This document shows, in pieces, positions 24,948 through 34,729 of a stretch of 64,000 nt of DNA. The notes beneath the pieces are model-generated. The model did not search any database. It was not told the DNA's origin and saw nothing but the letters and a program-made list of their open reading frames with translations. How positions within the stretch are numbered: the stretch's first letter is position 1; every line of letters starts with the position of its first letter. Where the stretch lies: assembly GCA_965198845.1 (NCBI GenBank), contig CBDAQD010000001.1, forward strand, positions 20,733 to 84,732. Direction: 5' to 3'. A program made the translations under genes and the position numbers. Origin of the DNA: Hyphomicrobiales bacterium (lineage in GTDB: Bacteria > Pseudomonadota > Alphaproteobacteria > Rhizobiales > JAJFHC01).

Positions 24948-27926
24948 ATGCCTGAAAAAGCCGCTCTGAAGAAAGAAAACAAGACTTACGTCCCCGCCCG
25001 CGAGCCGCGTCCCGTCGCCAAGGGAGATCACGTCTATCTCATTGACGGATCGGGCTATATTTTCCGCGCCTATCACGCGCTGCCGCCTCTGACGCGCAAG
25101 TCGGACGGCCTGCCCGTCGGCGCAGTGTCGGGCTTCTGCAACATGCTGTTCAAGCTGCTGCGTGACGCCCAGGACGGCACGGAACTGACGCATCTGGCGG
25201 TCATCTTCGACTATTCCGGACGCTCGTTCCGCAACGAGATCTACGGCGAGTACAAGGCACACCGGCCGCCGCCGCCGGAGGATCTCGTGCCGCAGTTCGG
25301 CCTGATCCGCGACGCCGTGCGCGCGTTCAACGTGCCGTGCATCGAACAGGAGGGCTTCGAGGCCGACGACCTGATCGCCACCTACGCGCGCCAAGCCGAG
25401 GCCGCCGGCGCGGATGTCACCATCGTGTCGTCGGACAAGGATCTGATGCAGCTCATCGGGCCGCAGATCGCCATGCTCGACACCATGAAGAACAAGGAAA
25501 TGCGCGAGCCGGAGGTGATGGAGAAGTTCGGTGTTGCGCCGGACAAGGTAATCGACGTGCAGGCGCTGGCCGGCGACTCGGTCGACAACGTGCCGGGCGT
25601 GCCGGGCATCGGGGTCAAGACCGGCGCCCAGCTGATCACGGAATACGGCGATCTCGACACGCTGCTCGAGCGTGCCAGCGAGATCAAGCAGAACAAGCGA
25701 CGCGAGAAGCTGATCGAGTTCGCCGATCAGGCGCGCATCTCGCGGGACCTGGTGACGCTCAAGGTCGACGTGCCGGTGGAACACGCGCTCGACGCGTTCG
25801 GCGTATCGGACCCCGAGCCCGGAACGATCATCGGGTTCCTGAAAGCGCTCGAATTCACGACCATCACCAAGCGCGTCAGCGAGGCGCTGGGCGTCGACCC
25901 GGACGGCTTCGAGGCCGGTGATGTCGAGGTCGAGATGGACGGCCGCGGGCCGGACACGCACATGGACCAGCACGCCGATGCCAAGTCGGATTCGGCGAAA
26001 TCGAACGGCGCGGCGATTGCAGGCGCAGGTCCGACCGAGCTCGCCGCCCATATGGCCGAGACGGTGAAAGCGATCCCGGTCGATGTTTCGGCCTACGAGA
26101 CGGTCACGACAATCGCGCGGCTTGAGGAGTGGATCGCCGAGGCGACCGCGCTCGGCTTTGTCGCCGTCGACACCGAGACCACCTCTCTCGACGCCATGCA
26201 GGCGGACCTGGTGGGCGTGTCGCTGGCGACCGCGCCCGGCAAGGCGTGTTACGTGCCGATCGGCCACCGGGCGGGCGACGGCCTGGCATTCGACGGCGAG
26301 GCGGTGGGCGAGCAGGTCCCGCGTTCCGAAGCCATCGCCGCGCTGAAGCCGCTGCTCGAAAACCCGGCAGTGCTCAAGATCGGCCAGAACCTCAAATACG
26401 ACTGGCTGCTGCTGCAGCGCTTCGGTATCGAGGTGGCGCCGCTCGACGACACCATGCTGATCTCCTACGCGCTCGACGCGGGGCTCGGCGGCCACGGCAT
26501 GGACGAGCTCTCGAACCGCTGGCTCGGTCACGCACCGATCCCGTTCAAGGAGATCGCGGGTACCGGCAAGAACATGCTGACCTTCGACCTGATCCCCGTC
26601 GACAAGGCAACGGAATACGCGGCGGAAGACGCCGACATCACGCTCAGGCTCTGGCAGGTGCTTAAACCGCGCCTCGTCGCTGAGAACATGACGACGCTCT
26701 ACGAGACGCTTGAGAGGCCGCTGGTGCCGGTGCTGGCGCGCATGGAGGCGAATGGCATCGTCGTCGACCGGGCGGTGCTGTCCCGCCTTTCCGGCGATTT
26801 CGCGCAGACCATGGGCGCGCTGGAGGACGAGATCCACAAGCTCGCCGGCGAGACCTTCAATATCGGATCGCCGAAACAGCTGGGCGAGATCCTGTTCGAC
26901 AAGATGGGGCTCGAAGGCGGCAAGAAGACCAAGACCGGGGCCTGGGGCACGGGCGCCGACGTGCTGGAGACGCTGGCCGCGGAAGGCCACGACCTGCCGG
27001 CACGCGTGCTCGACTGGCGACAGCTCTCCAAGCTCAAGAGCACGTATACGGACGCGCTGCCGACCTTCATCAACCCGGACACGGGCCGCGTCCACACCTC
27101 CTATTCGCTGGCGTCGACGTCGACCGGGCGGCTGTCCTCATCGGATCCGAACCTGCAGAACATCCCGGTCCGCACAGAAGAAGGCCGGCAGATCCGCACC
27201 GCCTTCGTGCCCGAGCCCGGCAACGTGCTGATCTCGGCGGACTATTCGCAGATCGAGCTGCGCGTGCTCGCCCACGTCGCCGATATTCCCGCACTCAAGC
27301 AGGCCTTCGCCGACGGTCTCGACATCCACGCCATGACGGCATCGGAAATGTTTGGCGTAGCAGTAGAGGGCATGGATCCGATGGTGCGACGGCGCGCCAA
27401 GGCGATCAATTTCGGCATCATATACGGCATCTCGGCCTTCGGGCTCGCCAACCAGCTCTCGATCCCCAGGGGCGAGGCCAAGGAATACATCGATACCTAT
27501 TTCGAGCGCTTCCCCGGCATCCGCACCTATATGGAGGACACCAAGGCGTTCTGCCGGACCAACGGTTACGTGGAGACCGTGTTCGGGCGCAAGGTGCACA
27601 TGCGCGGCATCAACTCGAAGAACCCGGCGGAACGGGCATTCTCCGAACGTGCCGCCATCAACGCACCGATCCAGGGCTCGGCCGCCGACGTCATCCGGCG
27701 GGCGATGATCCGCATGGAGCCGGCGCTTGCGAAAGCGAAGCTTGGCGCCCGCATGCTGCTCCAGGTCCACGACGAACTGATCTTCGAAGCACCGGAGAAG
27801 GAAGCCGACAAGACAATGGACGTGGCGACCAAGGTCATGGAGACGTCGACCGAACCCGTGCTCAAGCTGTCCGTGCCGCTTAAGGTCGACGCCCGGGCGG
27901 CGGCCAACTGGGACGAGGCGCACTGA
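24948..27926 (+). CDS. polA: DNA polymerase I
   Basis: 992 aa. 5'-nuclease N-terminus VYLIDGSGYIFRAYHA, a 3'-5' exo domain, and pol motifs DYSQIELRVLAH and LQVHDELIFE. Confidence 0.97.
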   Translation: MPEKAALKKENKTYVPAREPRPVAKGDHVYLIDGSGYIFRAYHALPPLTRKSDGLPVGAVSGFCNMLFKLLRDAQDGTELTHLAVIFDYSGRSFRNEIYGEYKAHRPPPPEDLVPQFGLIRDAVRAFNVPCIEQEGFEADDLIATYARQAEAAGADVTIVSSDKDLMQLIGPQIAMLDTMKNKEMREPEVMEKFGVAPDKVIDVQALAGDSVDNVPGVPGIGVKTGAQLITEYGDLDTLLERASEIKQNKRREKLIEFADQARISRDLVTLKVDVPVEHALDAFGVSDPEPGTIIGFLKALEFTTITKRVSEALGVDPDGFEAGDVEVEMDGRGPDTHMDQHADAKSDSAKSNGAAIAGAGPTELAAHMAETVKAIPVDVSAYETVTTIARLEEWIAEATALGFVAVDTETTSLDAMQADLVGVSLATAPGKACYVPIGHRAGDGLAFDGEAVGEQVPRSEAIAALKPLLENPAVLKIGQNLKYDWLLLQRFGIEVAPLDDTMLISYALDAGLGGHGMDELSNRWLGHAPIPFKEIAGTGKNMLTFDLIPVDKATEYAAEDADITLRLWQVLKPRLVAENMTTLYETLERPLVPVLARMEANGIVVDRAVLSRLSGDFAQTMGALEDEIHKLAGETFNIGSPKQLGEILFDKMGLEGGKKTKTGAWGTGADVLETLAAEGHDLPARVLDWRQLSKLKSTYTDALPTFINPDTGRVHTSYSLASTSTGRLSSSDPNLQNIPVRTEEGRQIRTAFVPEPGNVLISADYSQIELRVLAHVADIPALKQAFADGLDIHAMTASEMFGVAVEGMDPMVRRRAKAINFGIIYGISAFGLANQLSIPRGEAKEYIDTYFERFPGIRTYMEDTKAFCRTNGYVETVFGRKVHMRGINSKNPAERAFSERAAINAPIQGSAADVIRRAMIRMEPALAKAKLGARMLLQVHDELIFEAPEKEADKTMDVATKVMETSTEPVLKLSVPLKVDARAAANWDEAH

Positions 27927-27952
27927 CTGCGGTCTGAGGCAGGGAGGCACCG

Positions 27953-28711
27953 ATGGCCGAAAAGACAATAGAGGATGTTCTGCAGCGGCTGGATAAGCTG
28001 GAAAAACCCAAGAAGAAGGACTTCTGGGACAAACTCAGTACGATTGGCGTCCCCGCACTCCTAACCGTTGTCGTCAGCGCGGTTGGCCTCTTTCAGAGCC
28101 ATAAGCTCAACGAGCAAAAGAATGAAATCACCAACCTCAAGGCGCAACTCGAGTTTCAGGTCGACAGCGACGGGGTGAAGATCAAACAGGCGGAGACAAT
28201 AAAGCAGTATTTTGACGACCTGATTCATCAGGATGAAATCCGGCGAAAAATCGCAATGGAGGCGGTCAGGATCATCTTGCCCGCAGAATCTTCTGCCAGA
28301 ATCTTTCGTGTCTTGGAACAGCGCGGTAATGAGCAAGAGCGGAAGGATGCAACTTTGGCATCCAACAATCTTCGCAAGAGCAATATTGCCAGTCTTTACA
28401 GCGACAGCGCCGCCGAACGTAAATCTGCGTACAACGCACTCATTCAATCGTGGAGTAACGATGATGACCTTGTCGACGAAGTGATCGCACAGTACGACGA
28501 GTTCAAAGATGCCCGCGGTCGACTTGTCTCCGAGAATGGATTTGAGAATGGCCTATACAATTCATTGGTCCTGTTGAGTCATCTGAAGCCCGTAGTCCTG
28601 AAGAGAAAAGCGACGACTATCCGGGAATTCGCGGATGGTCTGAACAATATCGGCCCCAAGACGGAAGGCCGAAAAAAGACACTGCTCGACCGGGTGAGCC
28701 GGGCCTCATGA
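27953..28711 (+). CDS. Hypothetical membrane-anchored protein (low-GC orphan)
   Basis: AGGGAGG RBS. 252 aa with one N-terminal TM (LSTIGVPALLTVVVSAVGLF) followed by a charged, helical region. About 45% GC. Its stop overlaps the next ATG (ATGA). Confidence 0.65.
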   Translation: MAEKTIEDVLQRLDKLEKPKKKDFWDKLSTIGVPALLTVVVSAVGLFQSHKLNEQKNEITNLKAQLEFQVDSDGVKIKQAETIKQYFDDLIHQDEIRRKIAMEAVRIILPAESSARIFRVLEQRGNEQERKDATLASNNLRKSNIASLYSDSAAERKSAYNALIQSWSNDDDLVDEVIAQYDEFKDARGRLVSENGFENGLYNSLVLLSHLKPVVLKRKATTIREFADGLNNIGPKTEGRKKTLLDRVSRAS

Positions 28712-29391
28712 TCTGGGCGCTGGGTGGCCTTGCACTGCTTGCGCTGGTCTTCGGGCCGACCCTGTGGGTGCAATGGGTGATGCAGGCGCATACCGCCGAC
28801 CGGCCGGACTTTCCGGGCACCGGCGGCGAGCTTGCCCGCCACCTGCTCGACGAATTCAACCTCGGTGAGGTGAAAGTCGAGGTCGAACCCGGCGGCGCCG
28901 ACCACTATGACCCGACCGAGAAGGTCGTGCGCCTGTCACAGCAGAACTTCGATGGCCGCTCGGTCACGGCAGTGGCGGTTGCCGCGCACGAGGTCGGCCA
29001 CGCCATCCAGGACCGTGACGGCTACGGTCCCCTGCGGCTGCGCGGCCGGCTGGTGCGCTCCGCCGCCCTTGCCGACAGGCTCGGCAGCTTCATCATCATG
29101 GGGCTGTCGCTCGTCGGCAGCGTCGCCGTCTCACCGCGCCTCATCATCGTCGGTGTCATCGCAGTGATTATCCTGGGGCTGATCGAGGTGGTCGCGCATC
29201 TGGTGACGTTGCCCGTCGAATTCGACGCCAGTTTCGGCAAGGCGCTGCCTGTTCTGGAGAAGGGCGGCTATCTGCCGGAAGGCGACATGACGTCTGCCCG
29301 CAAGATCCTGACCGCCGCGGCCCTGACCTATGTGAGCGCCGCAGCGGCGCGCATTCTCAACGTGATCCGATTCCTGAGGGTGCTGCGTTAG
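28708..29391 (+). CDS. Zinc metallopeptidase (YugP/Zn_peptidase_2-like membrane protein)
   Basis: 227 aa with the AAHEVGHAIQD zincin motif and TM segments at both ends. Confidence 0.85.
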   Translation: MIWALGGLALLALVFGPTLWVQWVMQAHTADRPDFPGTGGELARHLLDEFNLGEVKVEVEPGGADHYDPTEKVVRLSQQNFDGRSVTAVAVAAHEVGHAIQDRDGYGPLRLRGRLVRSAALADRLGSFIIMGLSLVGSVAVSPRLIIVGVIAVIILGLIEVVAHLVTLPVEFDASFGKALPVLEKGGYLPEGDMTSARKILTAAALTYVSAAAARILNVIRFLRVLR

Positions 29392-29414
29392 GCAATTGCC
29401 ATGGGCAGAAAACA

Positions 29415-29990
29415 GTGAGTTTCGTTGAACGCTACCTGAACCGACATATTCTTCTCGAGCTGCTCCCTGCAGCCGTATTCTTCGGCGTGAACTACGGATG
29501 GGGCCTTTTTGCCGCCGCCGTCGCTGTCATGATCACGACAACCGCCGTCGTTCTGGCCGGGATCGCGCTGGAGAGAAGGGTGCCGGTCCTTGCCGTCATC
29601 ACGCTCGTTCTCGTCCTCGCATTGAGCGGAGCCGGATTGGTCTTCAAGGATGAGACCTTCATCAAGATAAAGCCGACCGTCGGCAAATGCCTGTTCGCGG
29701 GCGCGCTGGCGATCGGACTGTTCTTCCGACCGAGCTTTCTGGTCCGTGCGCTCGGCGGCCAACTCCGGTTGAGCGGCGCCGGCTGGCGCCTACTGACATT
29801 CAGCTGGATCGCTTTCACGCTGATCCTTGCAGTCATGAACGAGATCGTCTGGCGCACACTCGACACCGACACATGGGTGACCTACGGCACGGCGATGACC
29901 CCTGTTTCACTCATCGGATACATCGCCATCACCCGCGCCGTCGCGCGGCGGCACTGGCTTTTGGCAGAAGAGGAGACGCAGGCCGCATAG
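29415..29990 (+). CDS. yciB: Inner-membrane septation protein A (YciB/IspZ family)
   Basis: GTG start. 191 aa with five TM helices and a family-like FKDETFIKIKPT motif. Confidence 0.8.
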   Translation: MSFVERYLNRHILLELLPAAVFFGVNYGWGLFAAAVAVMITTTAVVLAGIALERRVPVLAVITLVLVLALSGAGLVFKDETFIKIKPTVGKCLFAGALAIGLFFRPSFLVRALGGQLRLSGAGWRLLTFSWIAFTLILAVMNEIVWRTLDTDTWVTYGTAMTPVSLIGYIAITRAVARRHWLLAEEETQAA

Positions 29991-30016
29991 CGCGGAATGG
30001 CCTGCCAAACGTAAAT

Positions 30017-30907
30017 CTACTGCGCCTCCGCGTTGGCCACCGTACTGCATGGTTTCGGCAGGTCGCGCAGGGTCACGACCTTGTACCGGATCGGCGGCTT
30101 CTTGCGCTTGGGCTTGGCATAGGGTTTGTCCGACAGCCACCAGGCCAGGTTCTTGCCGCAGCCATCGCCGACAGGCGGGGCCGGCTGGTTCTTGCAGCGG
30201 TCGCCCTGCGGGCACCTGATGCGGACATGGAAGTGGTAGTGGTGACCGTACCAGGGCCTGATCTTGCGCAGCCACCTGCGGTCGCCCTTTGCCCAGCGGC
30301 ACAGCTCCTTCTTGATCGGCGGATTGACGAAGATGCGTGTCACTTCCGGATAGGATGCGGCCCGGCGCAGAAGCTTCGCGTGCCCCTCGGTCCAGACCTT
30401 CCGGTTGATCTCCCGGCGGTTCTTGATCACCGAGATGGAGCTGATCTTCTCACGCTCGCGGCGCGACAGTTTGCGTGGAGGCGACGGCAGCATCCAGATG
30501 TCGGCATCGAGCCCGATCTGGTGGCTGGCGTGACCGGTCAGCATCGGACCGCCACGCGGCTGTGCGAGATCGCCGACCAGCAGGCCGGGCCAGCCGTCGA
30601 GTTCCTTGGCATCCTTGGCGAGACGCTCGACATAGGCAACGAGGTCGGGGTGGCCCCAGTTGCGGTTGCGCGACAGCCGCATGGCCTGCCAGGCAGGACC
30701 GTCTTCCGCCAGCTTCTTGCCGCCGGCAAGGCAGCCGCGGTTATAGGTCCCGAAGGCCTGGGGCTTCAGCTTCGCCGGCTTGGGAAGATGGCCGAAGATC
30801 TGCTTGGCCGGTTTCGGTCTGGGCTTTTTCGGTTTCTTGTCGGCAAGCGCAGGCGCCGCAATGGCCGCGGACAGAGCAAGAATTGCAATCGTGAAGGCAT
30901 GTTTCAT
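30017..30907 (-). CDS. mepA: Penicillin-insensitive murein endopeptidase
   Basis: Start MKHAFTIAILALSAAIAAPALA (signal peptide). Motifs GHASHQIGLDADIW and HHYHFHVRI. Confidence 0.85.
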   Translation of the reverse strand: MKHAFTIAILALSAAIAAPALADKKPKKPRPKPAKQIFGHLPKPAKLKPQAFGTYNRGCLAGGKKLAEDGPAWQAMRLSRNRNWGHPDLVAYVERLAKDAKELDGWPGLLVGDLAQPRGGPMLTGHASHQIGLDADIWMLPSPPRKLSRREREKISSISVIKNRREINRKVWTEGHAKLLRRAASYPEVTRIFVNPPIKKELCRWAKGDRRWLRKIRPWYGHHYHFHVRIRCPQGDRCKNQPAPPVGDGCGKNLAWWLSDKPYAKPKRKKPPIRYKVVTLRDLPKPCSTVANAEAQ

Positions 30908-30987
30908 GTTCAACCGCCGGAACTCAATACACTGGCCGGCCATGTTAGAGAGAGTGGAGACCAGATGGAACAGTTCTGCCGGTGGAC

Positions 30988-31383
30988 CTACTCGGGAAGG
31001 CCGGTCGCCTGATGGTGGGTAATGCGCCACGCTCCGTCTTCACGCACGAAGGTGTTCGACGCGATGGTCCGGGCATGCCCCAGATCCTCGGTGCAGAACA
31101 CGACCGCGCAGGTGCCGTTCATGATGACGGTGGGCTCGACCGGGTAGACCGCAGGCGGCTCGCCCACGAACATGATGCGGTACCACGACTCCATGACCTC
31201 ATCGCGGCCGGACAGTCCCGGCCACCCGGGATGGAAGACGGCAACGTCGTGACCGCGCGCCCACAAGGCGTCCATGGCTTCCAGATCGCCACCCCGGAAG
31301 GCGGCATAGAAGGCATCGTTGGCCGCGAGAATTGCCGCCTCGTCCGCCTTGCTGCCACGCGATTGGCTGGTATCAGCCATCAA
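30988..31383 (-). CDS. SnoaL-like / NTF2-fold protein (DUF4440-type)
   Basis: 131 aa with ILAANDAFYAAFRGGDLEAMDALWA, typical of the family. Confidence 0.75.
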   Translation of the reverse strand: MMADTSQSRGSKADEAAILAANDAFYAAFRGGDLEAMDALWARGHDVAVFHPGWPGLSGRDEVMESWYRIMFVGEPPAVYPVEPTVIMNGTCAVVFCTEDLGHARTIASNTFVREDGAWRITHHQATGLPE

Positions 31384-31599
31384 TATTCTCCGGGTCGATG
31401 CTCCGTTTTGGGGATACGGAGCCCATGACGAAATCCTAGCCCGGTCATTGCGTCATGTCACGAAAGATGCGGGCGGCGAGATGCCACTGCGACCCGACGT
31501 CCTGTCGCGGGAGTTCAGGGGTTGATCTCCGTCAAGGTAGGCCCGGGCGGTGGGGGGCACACTGCGTGCCTTCACAGATTTAAGGGAGGAGCATCAGAT

Positions 31600-31782
31600 A
31601 TGGAAAGCATCGATGTTCTTGAATACGCCCGCAAATTGCACTCCGCGCATGGCGACAAGGCCGAAGCCGAGGCCGCGCAGAAGGCAGCGGAATTCGAGGC
31701 AGCCGGCGACAAGGACCAGGCGGAGATGTGGCGCAAGATCCGCGCCGCGATCGCCCAGGCCCGCGGCCCGCGCTCAACCTGA
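31600..31782 (+). CDS. Small hypothetical protein (60 aa)
   Basis: AAGGGAGGAG RBS 8 nt upstream of ATG 31600. A helical Ala/Glu/Lys-rich peptide, MESIDVLEYARKLHSAHGDKAEAEAAQ. Confidence 0.55.
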   Translation: MESIDVLEYARKLHSAHGDKAEAEAAQKAAEFEAAGDKDQAEMWRKIRAAIAQARGPRST

Positions 31783-31874
31783 CACTATTGCGCAGCGATC
31801 CCGAAAGGGATCGCTTTCGCGCGATTGGCGCCGACCCGTTCAACAGGCCCGGCAATGACTCATGCCGCGGGCGC

Positions 31875-32663
31875 CTACAACGCCGTCACGTAATCTTTCA
31901 GGCAATCGTCCGCGACAGGCTCGACCGGCGTGAGATCGCGGTGATGCTTGTAGTCGGGTCGGCTTGTACCCGTGTAGGCGTTCGAAACGGGGTTCACGAT
32001 GAGCGAGAAGATCGACCGGTCCCACGGAGACATGTTGTTTGGTGAACCATGTATGAGCGTGTCGTGGAAAATGAGCACCGTCCCGGGTTCTCCGGTCGCG
32101 GCGACAATTCCATTGCGATTTGCCATTTCCCGGACACGGGCATGATCGGTCACCCATAACGGATAGCTCGTTGTCTCGTCGTCAAGCGTGGCCGCGTGCT
32201 CGCTCGCGCGATGCGATCCGGGCAGAAAATAAAGCGGGCCATTGAATTCGCTGACGTCGTCGAGAAGGATGTGCAGGTTAAGAGCAAGGGGCGCCGGAAC
32301 GCCATCCTCCTCGTGATGCGTCGCGAAGTCCGTGTGCCACTGCCATATCTCGCCTGAAAATGCCGCTTTCACGTTCACCTTGACCTGCTGGACGTACATC
32401 GGCTCGCCGAGAATCTGCTGAGCAGGCTCAATCAGGCGCGGATGACGCACCAGATCGGCGAAAAGGTCGTCGCGCAGATGCAGGCCCATCGCCGTGCGGA
32501 CGACGCCCGAGTTCCGTTCGATGACATTTGCCTCATCCTGCTGCGAAAACAGTCGCGGCAGTCTTGAACGGATTGCCTCCACCTCGGCCCCGGAGAAGCG
32601 TTCGGCGAGAACGATGAATCCGTCCGTATTCAGTTGTTCGCATTGCGCGTCGGTCAGTTTCAT
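31875..32663 (-). CDS. Phytanoyl-CoA dioxygenase (PhyH) family Fe(II)/2OG oxygenase, ectoine-hydroxylase-like
   Basis: Start MKLTDAQCEQLNTDGFIVL. WQWHTDFATHHEEDGVP resembles the EctD signature FxWHSDFETWHxEDG. A distal HGSPNN motif is present. Confidence 0.8.
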   Translation of the reverse strand: MKLTDAQCEQLNTDGFIVLAERFSGAEVEAIRSRLPRLFSQQDEANVIERNSGVVRTAMGLHLRDDLFADLVRHPRLIEPAQQILGEPMYVQQVKVNVKAAFSGEIWQWHTDFATHHEEDGVPAPLALNLHILLDDVSEFNGPLYFLPGSHRASEHAATLDDETTSYPLWVTDHARVREMANRNGIVAATGEPGTVLIFHDTLIHGSPNNMSPWDRSIFSLIVNPVSNAYTGTSRPDYKHHRDLTPVEPVADDCLKDYVTAL

Positions 32664-32767
32664 TTTCGCCACCGTCTGATTGTCCCTGCATCCAATCATT
32701 AGATTTGACGTATTACCGGCCCCGAGCAATGATCAAATTCTGCGCTGTTGAATAGATTGACTAAACT

Positions 32768-33661
32768 ATGGCCCGCATAATTCCTTCCCTGAAAGCAGTT
32801 CGCTACTTCGAGGTGGCCGCGGAACAGGAGAGTTTCGTCCGTTCCGCTGATGAACTCAGAGTTTCGAAAGGCGCGGTTAGCCAGCAGGTGAAAATCCTCG
32901 AGCAGTTTTTGGGCGTTCCCTTGTTTAGAAGAACTGGTCGTCGTGTGACGTTGACAGACGCGGGCCGCCGGTATCATTCCGCTGTACGTAACGCGTTCAA
33001 CATCCTGGAAAAGGAAACCGAGCGCGTTGCCGGGTCGCGGGTGCGCGGTCAGCTGAAGATCACCGTGCTGCCAGCCTTCGCGTCCTTGTGGCTCGTGCCG
33101 AGACTGAGCGACTTCCAGAAATCTATGCCGCACATCGACATTGTCGTCTCCGCAGACGCGGAAATGGTCGATTTTTCAAGATCCGATGCGATGCTCGGCA
33201 TCCGCTACGGAACACCCGACACTGACGGCCTTACCGCGACCTGTCTGGGTCATGACACCCTGACGCCCGTATGCACGGCGGACTATGCGAAGACCATGGA
33301 CATACGCGAACCGGCCGACCTGTCCCGCTGCGTGCTCCTGCATGACACATTCTGGTCCGACGACTGGACGCGCTGGTTGTCGAAGGCGGGCGTTGCCGGA
33401 TCGCTGGGCGGCGACGGACAATTCTTCACCCATTACAGCATGGCCATCGATACCGCGCGGGCCGGCGGCGGCATCGCGATGGGACATCAGCTTCTGCTTG
33501 GTGACCTGATTGCGCGCAACGAGCTGGTATGTCCCCTGAACCGGACGATCACCGCACACCAGGGGTATTTCGTTGCGGTCCCCGACCGAGCGGCCCACCT
33601 CAGCTTTGTTCAACGCTTCCGTGACTGGCTCGTGGACGCATTCGGAATTACGCACCCCTGA
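32768..33661 (+). CDS. LysR-family transcriptional regulator
   Basis: N-terminal HTH LKAVRYFEVAAEQESFVRSADELRVSKGAVSQQVKILE. 297 aa. Divergent from the PhyH gene. Confidence 0.9.
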   Translation: MARIIPSLKAVRYFEVAAEQESFVRSADELRVSKGAVSQQVKILEQFLGVPLFRRTGRRVTLTDAGRRYHSAVRNAFNILEKETERVAGSRVRGQLKITVLPAFASLWLVPRLSDFQKSMPHIDIVVSADAEMVDFSRSDAMLGIRYGTPDTDGLTATCLGHDTLTPVCTADYAKTMDIREPADLSRCVLLHDTFWSDDWTRWLSKAGVAGSLGGDGQFFTHYSMAIDTARAGGGIAMGHQLLLGDLIARNELVCPLNRTITAHQGYFVAVPDRAAHLSFVQRFRDWLVDAFGITHP

Positions 33662-33701
33662 ATGGTAGTCATGCTCCTGGAGGTGACCGAGACCGTTTTT
33701 T

Positions 33702-34634
33702 TCACTCGCCCCGATCCTGCGACGGGGCGAGGCCGTATGCGCGCTGGTAGGCGCGTGTGAAGGTCTCATGGTTTTCGAAACCGCAGAGCGATCCGATTTC
33801 GCCAACACGGTGATGCGAGTTGCGCAGCAGGTTGCGCGCCCGTTCAAGCCGCAACCCGAGATAATAGGCCGACGGCAACTTGTGCAGGTGGCGCCGGAAC
33901 AGGCGCGCCAGGTGCCAGACGGGCACGTTTATCCGCGTGCTGATTTCCGAAATCGTCAGCGGCGCCTGTAACGTGGAGACCATGATCTCGACGGCACGCG
34001 CCAGGTCCCGGTTCACGAGGCCCAGTGCCCGGTCCCCGATCATGCGCTCCTGCGCTCCGCCATGGCCGGACGGCAGGTAGGTCAGTATTCCTGCGACCCG
34101 GTCGGCAAGCTGCGCGCCGGAGAAATGGGCGATCATCTCAAGAGTCATGTCGAACGTCGCGACACCTCCGGCACTCGAACAGCGCGGCGGGCTGAAGTCG
34201 TAGAGGCGGTCAACGAACATCTCCTGCGGATACTGCGCGGTGTATCCCGGGATCGCCTCGAAATGGGCCGCCGCCGGACGCCCGCGCAAGAGTCCGGCTT
34301 CGGCAAAGACCAGCGCGCCAGTATCGACACATCCCATGAGTGTCCCCTTGCGCGCTCGCGCCCTCAGCCAGCGCATCAGTTCCGGCGTCAGTGCGGTTTC
34401 CGGATGATAGGACGACAACAGGATGACGGCATCGGACGGACGGTCATCGATCGGCTCCGTCGGCAGCGCGACCCCGCTCGACGAATGGACGGTACCCCCG
34501 CCGGCGGAAAGGTACCGCCAGTCATAGGCCGGCCCGAGGCTTTCCCGGTTGGCGACCCGCAGCGGTTCGCTGACCAGCGCCAGAGAAAGCAGCGGGAACC
34601 CTTCAGCCAGCACGATATCAATCCGGTGAGTCAT
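33702..34634 (-). CDS. GlxA-family regulator (DJ-1/PfpI-like domain plus AraC HTH; GbdR/CdhR type)
   Basis: Start MTHRIDIVLAEGFPLLSLALVSEPLRVAN. C-terminal AraC HTH LCGFENHETFTRAYQRAYGLAPS. Confidence 0.85.
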   Translation of the reverse strand: MTHRIDIVLAEGFPLLSLALVSEPLRVANRESLGPAYDWRYLSAGGGTVHSSSGVALPTEPIDDRPSDAVILLSSYHPETALTPELMRWLRARARKGTLMGCVDTGALVFAEAGLLRGRPAAAHFEAIPGYTAQYPQEMFVDRLYDFSPPRCSSAGGVATFDMTLEMIAHFSGAQLADRVAGILTYLPSGHGGAQERMIGDRALGLVNRDLARAVEIMVSTLQAPLTISEISTRINVPVWHLARLFRRHLHKLPSAYYLGLRLERARNLLRNSHHRVGEIGSLCGFENHETFTRAYQRAYGLAPSQDRGE

Positions 34635-34729
34635 GTTTTCTAACATCAAGAAAATGCTTGTTCTCGTCAAACATATCGAAGTTGCACGCGATAGACTTGG
34701 CTGTTCGATCGAACCACGCGAGGCGATCA

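Noticed and set aside
24924-27095. 723-aa minus-strand ORF
   Set aside because: It is antisense to polA, which has unmistakable polymerase motifs. The product is Arg/Gly/Val/Asp-rich low-complexity sequence, typical of shadow ORFs in high-GC DNA.
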